From an uncultured bacterium (GTDB lineage Bacteria > Babelota > Babeliae > Babelales > Babelaceae): DNA of 64,000 nt. Positions 19,697-28,387 of the stretch are shown in pieces. The notes under the pieces were generated by a model. It was not told where the DNA came from. It did not search any database and saw only the letters and a program-made list of their open reading frames with translations. Position 1 is the stretch's first letter. Each line of letters begins with the position of its first letter. The position numbers were made by a program, and so were the translations under genes. The stretch is taken from NCBI GenBank assembly GCA_963848965.1, contig CAWKFG010000001.1:96001-160000 (forward strand), written 5' to 3'.

Positions 19697-20134
19697 TTAT
19701 CTTTGCATGTCTGCAACGCGCTCTCTAACACCTTCAAGTTTATCTTTTAGAGTATCTCTTACCTCAGGTGATATACCTCTGCGAATTTGAGAGATTTTTT
19801 CACGAATCATTTCTAGCTTATCTCTTACTTCCTCTGGATCAAGAGACTGAATACGATCTGCCAAACGTCCAAGTTTTTCACGTAACATATCTCTTTGTTG
19901 TGGATCAAGAGAGCTAATATGATCTGCTAAAGCAGAGAGTTTTTCCTGAATCATTGCTTTTTTTTCTGGGGAGATTGATTCGATTTTAGTTCTAATTCCC
20001 TCAATTACTTCTTGAACTCGTGGATCTTGGAGGGCAGTATGGATTCGATCCATAATTCCTCCTCCAAAACTTTGTCCTACTAAAAATGAACTGCAACTAA
20101 CAAGTAACGATAAAGATAAAATTATAGCTTTCAT
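19697..20134 (-). CDS. Exported helical-repeat (apolipoprotein-like) protein
   Basis: Signal peptide; Pro-punctuated ~22-aa amphipathic repeats. Confidence 0.7.
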   Translation of the reverse strand: MKAIILSLSLLVSCSSFLVGQSFGGGIMDRIHTALQDPRVQEVIEGIRTKIESISPEKKAMIQEKLSALADHISSLDPQQRDMLREKLGRLADRIQSLDPEEVRDKLEMIREKISQIRRGISPEVRDTLKDKLEGVRERVADMQR

Positions 20135-20313
20135 GCTAATACTCCTTATTTTTATGGGTTTTTATATAATTATTATGCATAGTAGCACTTTTATGCTATA
20201 AATTTGAATAGATAGAGCACTTTTTTATTTTAAAATCTTAATTCGTATTGTGAGAACTAAAGAGTTGTTTCTTAAGAAAACAGTCCTTCTTGGTAAAGAG
20301 ATATTTTGGTGTA

Positions 20314-21297
20314 TTAGAGTAAAACAGGAAGCTTTTCGCCAGTTGGTTGTCGCGCTATAAGTGAAAGAAGACGAATTGCTAGTTCATACAGTCCAAGTTT
20401 TGTAGCATATTCAATAACTTTAGTAGTAGGTCGAGCACCACTATCTGTCAGTGCTTTGACGAAGCGGATATCTCCTGTTTCAACTGCATGCATAAAAGCA
20501 GACTTGCCTTCAGTGTCAGCTACGTTTAATTCTTTTCTTAGTCCTTGAGGTATATATGCTTTAACAAGAGTTTGGACAATTTCAAAGTTACCAAACATAA
20601 GAGCGTACATAAGGGGAGTACGACCATACTCATCTTTATGATTTATATATTCAAAAGGAAGCTTAAGTTCTTCAATAAGATGGTGCACAACTGCTTGTTG
20701 TCCAAAAATAGCAGCGTAATGAAGGTATTGTGGATTTAGTGTGTTAGTAAGTTGAATAGAATCGGTGATGCATTTCAAGGGATTAACAAAGTAACCTTGA
20801 GTGGTAAGCATAGTGTGGAGAGTCAAAAGAGAATGAATTTCCCTTTGGTTTTCATTTTGCGCAATGTCCAAAGCTGTCTGCTGTACTGTATCTGTAAAAC
20901 CATAATTTTTATGAATGAGGATTGGTCTTTGAGCATTACTATCTGCACCTGCTTTTAAAAGAAGTATAACTATGTTTCTATGCCCAAAAAGAGTAGCGAG
21001 CATAAGTGGAGTAAGGTTAAATAGTCCATTTTTATAGAGTGGTTTATTAAGAGCTACGTCTGTTTTGCACAGTTCTTGTACTGCTTCTATATTATTCTCT
21101 TTTATTGCTTTTATGAGAGCTTTATAGTGAAGATCTTCATTTTCTTTCAAAAAATAAGCATAAAGTGCACCTTTGACCATAGTGCTATAACTTATTACAG
21201 GTTGTTTAGGTGTACCTGTAAGAGTTCTTTTCATGCTATAAGCAGAACTTGCTATACCTGCAAGAAGACAAAGAAAAAAGAGTTTTATTTTATACAC
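20314..21297 (-). CDS. Exported ankyrin repeat protein
   Basis: Signal peptide; TPLMLA and GRTPLMYA ankyrin repeats. Confidence 0.88.
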   Translation of the reverse strand: MYKIKLFFLCLLAGIASSAYSMKRTLTGTPKQPVISYSTMVKGALYAYFLKENEDLHYKALIKAIKENNIEAVQELCKTDVALNKPLYKNGLFNLTPLMLATLFGHRNIVILLLKAGADSNAQRPILIHKNYGFTDTVQQTALDIAQNENQREIHSLLTLHTMLTTQGYFVNPLKCITDSIQLTNTLNPQYLHYAAIFGQQAVVHHLIEELKLPFEYINHKDEYGRTPLMYALMFGNFEIVQTLVKAYIPQGLRKELNVADTEGKSAFMHAVETGDIRFVKALTDSGARPTTKVIEYATKLGLYELAIRLLSLIARQPTGEKLPVLL

Positions 21298-21382
21298 GGT
21301 GCTTCCTTGGTTTAATTTATTATGTCTACATATTCAGGATAATTATTTAATCATGTTTGTCAATATGATCCAGCGACATACT

Positions 21383-21411
21383 AAAAAAGCCCTCATAATG
21401 AGGGCTTTTTT
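21383..21411 (-). terminator. Terminator after rseP
   Basis: AAAAAAGCCCTCAT-a-ATGAGGGCTTTTTT. Confidence 0.8.
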
Positions 21412-22502
21412 TACCAACCGGCAAGTCTGAGAATGTCTTTATATGTTAAATAAATAACCAATGCTATAAGGCCGAGCCAGGTATAATAATGAATAGTCTG
21501 GCGAGCTTCATCTGAAAGTGGACGTCCAATAAGAGCTTCTATGGTAAAGAACAATACTTGCCCACCATCAAAAATAGGAAGTGGCAGTACATTAAACACC
21601 GCAAGATTAATGCTAATGAATGCGAGCATAAAGAGAAACATCTTAAATCCTACACCAGCACATTTGGTAATAGTAGTGATAATAAGTAATGGTCCGCCAA
21701 GAGCATCTCTGTTTTTTACAATACCTTTTAAAGCGCTAAACGTTTTAACTATCCATGCCCATGTTGTTCGAAAACCTTCTTTTAAAGCATCGGTAAACGC
21801 AAGGGGCGGTGTAGACCAGGAGATTTCTAGTACTGGGGTTTTTTTACCATCAACTGTTTGAGATCCTACGTCTACTGCTATATTTTGCTCTTGGCCTTGT
21901 CTTTCTACAGTTAAAGATACTGTTTTATCTGCTAAAGGCTCAAGCTCCTTCTTGAATTCTGCAATGGTTGATACTCGCTGATTATTAATGGAAATGATTT
22001 TGTCATGAGCTTTAAGTTGTGCTTTATCTGCTTTAGAACCAGGAATAACGGTAGCTACCACCGGTGCAAGTGAATTACATTGTTCTCCTGTACAAAAGGG
22101 GGCACCTACATAGAGTAAATAGCTAAATGCAGCATAAGAAAATATGAGATTAAAAAGGATACCTCCTGCAATAATAAGAAGTTTCTGCCAGTAAGGCTTA
22201 CGGTTAAAGGAGCGTTCACTGGTATCTTTTGCATGAAGCTGCTCTCCTTGTCCTATCTCAGGTGATCCTGCAAGCTCTACATACCCCCCTAAAGGAATGG
22301 CCGAGATAACAAAATTAGTATCCCCTATCTTTTTCCTTAAAATTTGCGGTCCAAACCCTATGGAGAATGTAGGAACGTAAACATTAAAAAGCTTTGCAAA
22401 TAAAAAATGCCCAAACTCATGGAACATAACCACAAAGCCGAGCCCAAGGATGCCTAGTAAAATAAGAGGAAGGTTGCAGAGTGCTTGATAGGCGATATTC
22501 AT
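21411..22502 (-). CDS. rseP: RIP metalloprotease RseP (M50, PDZ)
   Basis: HEFGH, FSIGFGP, PLGGYV, PDZ domain, NVLPLPIFDGG. Confidence 0.95.
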   Translation of the reverse strand: MNIAYQALCNLPLILLGILGLGFVVMFHEFGHFLFAKLFNVYVPTFSIGFGPQILRKKIGDTNFVISAIPLGGYVELAGSPEIGQGEQLHAKDTSERSFNRKPYWQKLLIIAGGILFNLIFSYAAFSYLLYVGAPFCTGEQCNSLAPVVATVIPGSKADKAQLKAHDKIISINNQRVSTIAEFKKELEPLADKTVSLTVERQGQEQNIAVDVGSQTVDGKKTPVLEISWSTPPLAFTDALKEGFRTTWAWIVKTFSALKGIVKNRDALGGPLLIITTITKCAGVGFKMFLFMLAFISINLAVFNVLPLPIFDGGQVLFFTIEALIGRPLSDEARQTIHYYTWLGLIALVIYLTYKDILRLAGW

Positions 22503-22733
22503 GTGTGAACTCCTAAAATATTAACAAATAAGACATTTTCTAATACGCTGCATATACCTAGCTTATCCTTTTCTTTATTTTGAAGCAAAGCTTTCTCATT
22601 TTTCAAGCAAAATTAAGTACAATTAAAGACACGTTAGAGAAAAAAGACCTAGAATTGACTACTGCTCTTTGAAATGTCGGAGTAGTGCCGTTTTGTAGAG
22701 TGGTTTACAGAATACAAGAAGATAGATATCTTA

Positions 22734-23813
22734 CTATTTTTTTCGAACACTGATAGCTGCTCTCAATATCTTTACTATTTCTTTATGATGCTCTTTTTCT
22801 GCATACATTATGGCTGTCCAACCCCTTTCATCTTGAATAATAGCGTTTGCTCCTGCATCTAGAAGCATTTTGACTATTTTTTGATTGTTTTCAGAATCAC
22901 CACCTTTAGATGAGGCAATCATTAGAGCAGTATGTCCAGAGTTGTTTTTAGCGTTGACATTTATTCCTGCTTCTATTAGTACCTTTGTTCTACCTACACT
23001 GTTAAAGAATACTCTAACTGCATACATTAATGCAGTATATCCCTTATTGTCTTGAGCATTAACCTCAGCCTTACGAGAAAGCAACTTTTTCAGTATCTCT
23101 TCTGAGTCATGAAAAGAATCTGCCGCTGCTATTAAAGGGGTAAATCCAATATCGTTGCGTGCATTAATAGTAGCGCCAGCATTTAAGAGAGGTTCTATGA
23201 GGTCTTTATGTCCTTCATGGGCAGCATAGAGTAAAGCGGTCCACCCGCCGTTTGTCGGAAGATTAATGTTAGCTCCAGCATCAATGAGCATTTGTACTAG
23301 TTCCTTATTACCATTGAATGCAGCTGCTGGCAGTGCTGTAGCATTATACCTATCCTTAAGATTGACGTTGGCTCCCCTTTGTATAAGCAAAGCCACAATG
23401 CTCGCACAGTTTTGTTGAGTAGCGTATACAATAATAGTATCGACTGGGTCTTGCATTTTATTGATACTTACCCCTGCTTTTAGAAGAAGTTTAGCTTTGT
23501 CTACAGCATTATCTTTTATTAACTTTAATAGTACAAGGGCTTTTTGCTCTTGTGATAAGCTTTCAGATAATAATTCTAACGCTAAACGCTTTTCTTGCTC
23601 AACAGTAAGTACGATCTTCTCCATAGCATTGAGAGCACATGAAAAACATAGGATAAAAAAGAAATAAAATAGTGATGATTGCCTTTGTGAGCAGAGCTTT
23701 ATGATTTCCATATGATTCCTTGAAATTTCCTCGAGCGCGTGACCCGGATGGATTTTAGACTGAAGAAATAGTACTGATAAAAGTCCAATTATTGTTTCTT
23801 TTTCTCTCATCAT
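22734..23813 (-). CDS. Exported ankyrin repeat protein (true start uncertain, probably nearer 23710)
   Basis: Hydrophobic LFYFFFILCFSCALNA-MEK followed by about 8 ankyrin repeats. Confidence 0.85.
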   Translation of the reverse strand: MMREKETIIGLLSVLFLQSKIHPGHALEEISRNHMEIIKLCSQRQSSLFYFFFILCFSCALNAMEKIVLTVEQEKRLALELLSESLSQEQKALVLLKLIKDNAVDKAKLLLKAGVSINKMQDPVDTIIVYATQQNCASIVALLIQRGANVNLKDRYNATALPAAAFNGNKELVQMLIDAGANINLPTNGGWTALLYAAHEGHKDLIEPLLNAGATINARNDIGFTPLIAAADSFHDSEEILKKLLSRKAEVNAQDNKGYTALMYAVRVFFNSVGRTKVLIEAGINVNAKNNSGHTALMIASSKGGDSENNQKIVKMLLDAGANAIIQDERGWTAIMYAEKEHHKEIVKILRAAISVRKK

Positions 23814-24190
23814 GAGCTTAATAATTTTTCTAAGATACTATTCTTAACTATACTACTTTTTGGCAAATTGTCATGTAGTAAGAAAAGTTTTATAAATAGT
23901 AGAAAGAACAGACTTTTCAAGGATACTCTCTTAGTTTTTAGAATAGTCTAACATCCAGTTTATGATGATTTTGCATGTCAATATTATTAGACAAATAGGA
24001 TACTTGTGATAAAATATAAAGACAATATTTATTATTTTAAATCAAAATTAAAAAAACAATAGGAAATTGTATGCTGTACCGTCTTTTAATCTTCTTTTCT
24101 TTATCTATCTTCTCTTTTCAATTGAGCGCTATGGAGCAGATATATAAAAAGCCAGATAATCATAAAAATACCAAGCAAAAGGGTGACTTA

Positions 24191-25119
24191 GAGCCTATCT
24201 CTAAAATGGAAAAAAGGTTGAAAATATAATAAAATCTCCTTCTAAAGAATCGCGATCAACGATCAAGAAGGAGATTTACACATGTGTCATACAAAAAATT
24301 GTTATGAAGTATGCATAAACAAGAAGTTTCTTATAACTCCAAATTTATGGAAAGATATAGAAAAAATAATACCAAAAATAAGCGAAAAATCAAAGCGGGG
24401 AAGACCCTCAATGGATATGAAAAGAGCAATAAATGGTATCTATTATCTGTTAAGGACAGGTATACAATGGAATGCATTGCCTAGATGCTTTGGATCGTAC
24501 TCTGCTGTCCATAAACTGTTTCAAAAATTAAGGTCTGTCGAGTTCTTTAAATATTTATGGTATGCTGAACTTGACCAATATGATAAAATTCACGGACTTA
24601 GTCTAGAAACTCAAGCTGCTGATTGTGTTTATATTAAAGCGCCCTTGGGTTCAGAGAAAACAGGCAAGAGCCCAGTAGATAGGAGAAAATTAGGAACAAA
24701 ACGAAGCATATTAACTGATAAAAACGGTATAGTTATCGGTTGTGCGTTAGGTAGCGCTAATCAGCACGATTCTCAGCTATTTTTGGATACCTTATTATCC
24801 ATTCCTAAGCATATATCCATGCCTTATAGCAAAATTATAAGTTTAGATGCAGCTTATGATTCAGCGCAAATAAGAGCCTACTTGCTGCATTACAGCTATG
24901 TACCTAAAATAATGAAAAATAAAAGAAAAGCTAAAAATAAAGTTTATGGTGTACCAGAAGGTTATCAACGCTGGTTCATTGAACCTACGCATTCATGGCT
25001 CAATCGGTTTAGGCGCTTGTTTGTTCGTTATGAAAAATACGCTTTAAACTATATGGCTATGGTTTATTTTGCCGTAGCTATCATTATTTTTAACAAATTA
25101 TGAATTTACGGATAGGCTC
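24191..25119 (+). mobile_element. IS5-family insertion sequence (929 bp)
   Basis: Terminal IRs GAGCCTATCtcTAAA / TTTAcgGATAGGCTC; TTA target duplication at 24188-24190 and 25120-25122. Confidence 0.92.
24282..25103 (+). CDS. IS5-family DDE transposase
   Basis: GRP..D...INGIYYLLRTGIQWNALP, LDAAYDS, RWFIEPTHSWLNRFRRL..RYEK. Confidence 0.93.
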   Translation: MCHTKNCYEVCINKKFLITPNLWKDIEKIIPKISEKSKRGRPSMDMKRAINGIYYLLRTGIQWNALPRCFGSYSAVHKLFQKLRSVEFFKYLWYAELDQYDKIHGLSLETQAADCVYIKAPLGSEKTGKSPVDRRKLGTKRSILTDKNGIVIGCALGSANQHDSQLFLDTLLSIPKHISMPYSKIISLDAAYDSAQIRAYLLHYSYVPKIMKNKRKAKNKVYGVPEGYQRWFIEPTHSWLNRFRRLFVRYEKYALNYMAMVYFAVAIIIFNKL

Positions 25120-27552
25120 TTACTTATAGAAGCTGCAAAAAATAATGATATAGCCACAGTTGAAGCTCTTTGTTTGGCAAAAGTAAACATTAATGCTCAA
25201 GATAAGAACGGAAATATAGCTTTGTTGAGCGCTGCAGAAAAAGGTTATAAAGAAATGGTAGCACTGCTTTTAGATAAAGGCGCTCAGGTTAATATTAAAG
25301 ATGAGTACGGTGATTTTCCCTTAAAGTATGCTGCACAAAGGGGTTATGCGGATATAGCAGAGATGCTTTTGGCACGTGGTGCTGATGTTAATGCTCAAGA
25401 TCGTTTAGGGTATACTGCTCTATATTGGGCTATTATTAATCGCTATAAAGAGATAGTTGCTATGCTTCTCAAGAAAGATGCTTCTATCATCACTCAAGAG
25501 AGATGGAATTACAACCTCTTGATAGAAGCTTCAGGAAAAGGTGGTAAGGAAATAGTAGAATTGCTGATAAATGCAGGTGCTGATGTTAATGCTCAAGAGG
25601 ATAGCTGCGGTTATACTCCCTTGATAAGTGCTGTAACGAAAGACAATAAAGAAGTAGCTGCTTTACTTCTAGATAAAGGGGCCAATGTTAATGCTAAGGC
25701 TTTAGAAGGGGAGACTGCCTTAACGCAAGCAACCAGACGTGCTTTAGGCCGCCCTAAGAAAATAGTACGATTGCTTCTAAGCAGAGGTGCTGATGTCAAT
25801 GCTCAAGATAATTATGAGCGTACTTCATTAATGGAAGCAGTACGATATGGAGATGAAAAACTAGTAGCTTTGCTTATAGGTGCAGGTGCTACTATTAATG
25901 CCCAAAATGCTCTCGAAAAAAGAGATGTAATGCAAGAAGGTCATAGGAAGATTTTTCATCTTTTAAGGCTATGTAGTAATCCAGAAGTACAAGTCTATCT
26001 TAAAGATCCTAAGGCCTATGCTCAAAATAAGCAGTATATTGATGGTGAGATAACAACGCTTATGCTCGCTTGTATCTTTGGTCATACTGAAATTATATCT
26101 TCATTTGAGAATTGCACGGATGAGTATCTTAATGTAGGAGGCTTAGGTTATACAGCTACTGAGTATGCTTGTATATTTAATAAGAAGAGCCTTTCTACTC
26201 TTGTTAATACATTTGGTGGCCGTTTACTTGTACAACCTGCAAAAGAGGGTGATATAAATACAGTTAGAAGCCTTTGTCTAGCGGGAGTAAATGTTAATGC
26301 TAAAGATAAGCAGGGTAGTCCTGTGTGGACATGGGCAGCTGTAAGCAAGGGCCGTGAGAGATTAGTAACTTTGTTCTTAGATAAAGGTGCTAATATTAAT
26401 GCTACAGATGTTTTCGGTTCTACTGCTTTGGCGTCACAAGTAAGATGGAAAAGACATAAAATGATGGCGCTGCTTTTAAAAAGAGGTGCTGATGTTAATA
26501 TCCAAGATGACAAAGGCAAAACTGCTTTACATTGGGCTGCTTATTGGGGATTTAAGAAAACAGTAACACTGTTGTTAAACAATGGTGCAAAAACTACTCT
26601 TCAAGATGAATATGGTCGTACCGCTATAATGCATGCTGCAAGAGAAGGCCATAAAGAAGTAGTAATGCTACTATTGAATAAAGATAGTGATCTTAATGTT
26701 CAAGATAAAATGGGTAAAACTGTTTTAAACTATGCTGCAGCGTGTGGTAACAAAGAAATGGTAACGCTGCTTTTAGAAAAATCTACTACTGCAAAGTATT
26801 CTGATATCTTATTGTCTGCGGCTGAGTTTGGTCATGTGGAATTAGTAGCCTGGATTTTGGACAAAGGAGCAGATATTAATACTCAAGATAAACATGGTCG
26901 TAGTGCCTTAATGCATGCTGCATCTAATGGACACAAGGAAATGGTGCTCCTACTTTTAGCTCGCGGTGCACATAGTAATCTTCAAGATAGTGAAGGCTTT
27001 ACTGCTTTAATGAAAGCTGTAAGAGAAAATTTTAAAGAAACAGTAGCGCTGCTTATAGGTGCAGGTGCTGATATTACTAGTCAAAATAAACTCAATAAAA
27101 CTGCTTTAATACTTGCTAGAGAGCATAATTACAAAGATCTTATACAACTTCTAGAATTGTGCCAAAACTCTGAAGTAAAAGAATATCTTAACAATCCTCA
27201 AGCATATATACAAAAAGAGCAGTATATTATAGATAGAACAACCACACTTATGCTTGCTTGTATATGTGGTCATACAGATGTTATTTCTTCTTTTAAAGAG
27301 TGCTCCAATGAATACTTAAACCCACAAGATAGTTATGGTTATACAGCTTTTGACTATGCTTATAAGTTTAATAAAAGAAGTGCTGTTACGCTTATTCATA
27401 TATTTGGTGATAAAATAGATAAAATAAAAAATAACAAACAGGAGCTTCTTAAAAATGCGTTAGAAAAAGAAGATTTGTTATTAATTAATGCCTTGTTAAG
27501 TGCTGGGGTTCTACCTTCTTGTGGAATAACTCAAGGAGCCCAAGATGCAGGA

Positions 27553-27645
27553 TACTTCACCATATTACCAAAAGATCTCTTTGTTCAGCTTCTTCTTTTT
27601 CTTAATAGTCAAGAAACAAGTACTGGAAAGTCTTAAAAGGGCTTT
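27553..27645 (+). repeat. Direct repeat copy 1 (3' end of the ankyrin/F-box gene)
   Basis: Near-identical to 28139-28232. Confidence 0.85.
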
Positions 27646-27677
27646 TTCTCTTTTAGTTTGACAGAACCAACGACGTG

Positions 27678-27709
27678 GTCGGTGAAGGGGCAAAAGCCCC
27701 CTCACCGAC
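27678..27709. other. GC-rich palindromic hairpin
   Basis: GTCGGTGAAGGGGC-aaaa-GCCCCCTCACCGAC, 14-bp stem with one mismatch. Confidence 0.75.
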
Positions 27710-27788
27710 TTGAGTTCTTATTTTCAAGTTATATAATTGTATTTAAGTATTTACACAATAAGCTTTCTAATAAGATGCTAGGTTTTTG

Positions 27789-28075
27789 ATGAAAACACTT
27801 TATTTACTCTACTTTGCATATTCTCTTCGTATGCTTATACCATGAAAGAAGAGAGAGCTTCTAATAATATTCAACAAGCAGACGCCATCATGGAAGAAGA
27901 CTCTGATGATATGCCTATATCATCAAAAAAATGTACTTATACTCTTCAAAGTCATGCTGACTCTGAGATCAATAAAAAGAGGCAAAAAAAAGAGCATGTT
28001 TGTGACAAATGTGGTAAAGATTTTACTCAACATGGACATTTAATTAGTCATATGCGTATTCATAACAAAGGCTGA
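27789..28075 (+). pseudogene. Exported C2H2 zinc-finger protein with 1-nt frameshift in the signal peptide
   Basis: MKTLYLL / LLCIFSSYAYT-MKEE joined by a 1-nt shift; KKRQKK then HVCDKCGKDFTQHGHLISHMRIH. Confidence 0.7.
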
Positions 28076-28138
28076 ATTATAAAAAAATTATTCTTAAGGT
28101 GTGGGTAATTCACTTCCAATATGACAGATTTTGCATCG

Positions 28139-28232
28139 TACTTCGCCACATTACCAAAAGATCTCTTTATTCAGCTTCTTCTTTTTCTTAATAGTCTAAG
28201 AAACAAGTATCAAAAAGTCTTAAAAGGGCTTT
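28139..28232 (+). repeat. Direct repeat copy 2
   Basis: Near-identical to 27553-27645. Confidence 0.85.
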
Positions 28233-28312
28233 CTCTTATCTTAAGAGGCAGTGCCAAAACTGATTGAAGCAAAGCTTTCATGTTTTTCAAGCAAAATCAC
28301 GCATACTTAAAA

Positions 28313-28340
28313 TTGACAAATATTACATTGGTGTTAAAGT
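28313..28340 (+). promoter_or_regulatory. Putative promoter of ankyrin gene
   Basis: TTGACA-N16-TAAAGT; paralogous leaders at about 23988 and 33731. Confidence 0.5.
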
Positions 28341-28387
28341 AGTTATAATTTCCATGTCTTAAAAAATTAAAAACAATAAGGCGCTGT

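Larger units (their letters stand above)
24071..27636 (+). pseudogene. Exported ankyrin protein with C-terminal F-box-like motif, interrupted by IS5-family element
   Basis: MLYRLLIFF...QLSAMEQ...KGDL (24071-24190) rejoins in frame with LIEAAKNND... (25123 onward) after removing the IS and one TTA, giving 877 aa. Confidence 0.88.

Noticed and set aside
27663..27710. Group II intron 3' end (domain VI-like hairpin ending in AC)
   Set aside because: No domain V with a catalytic triad precedes it; a simple palindrome explains it.
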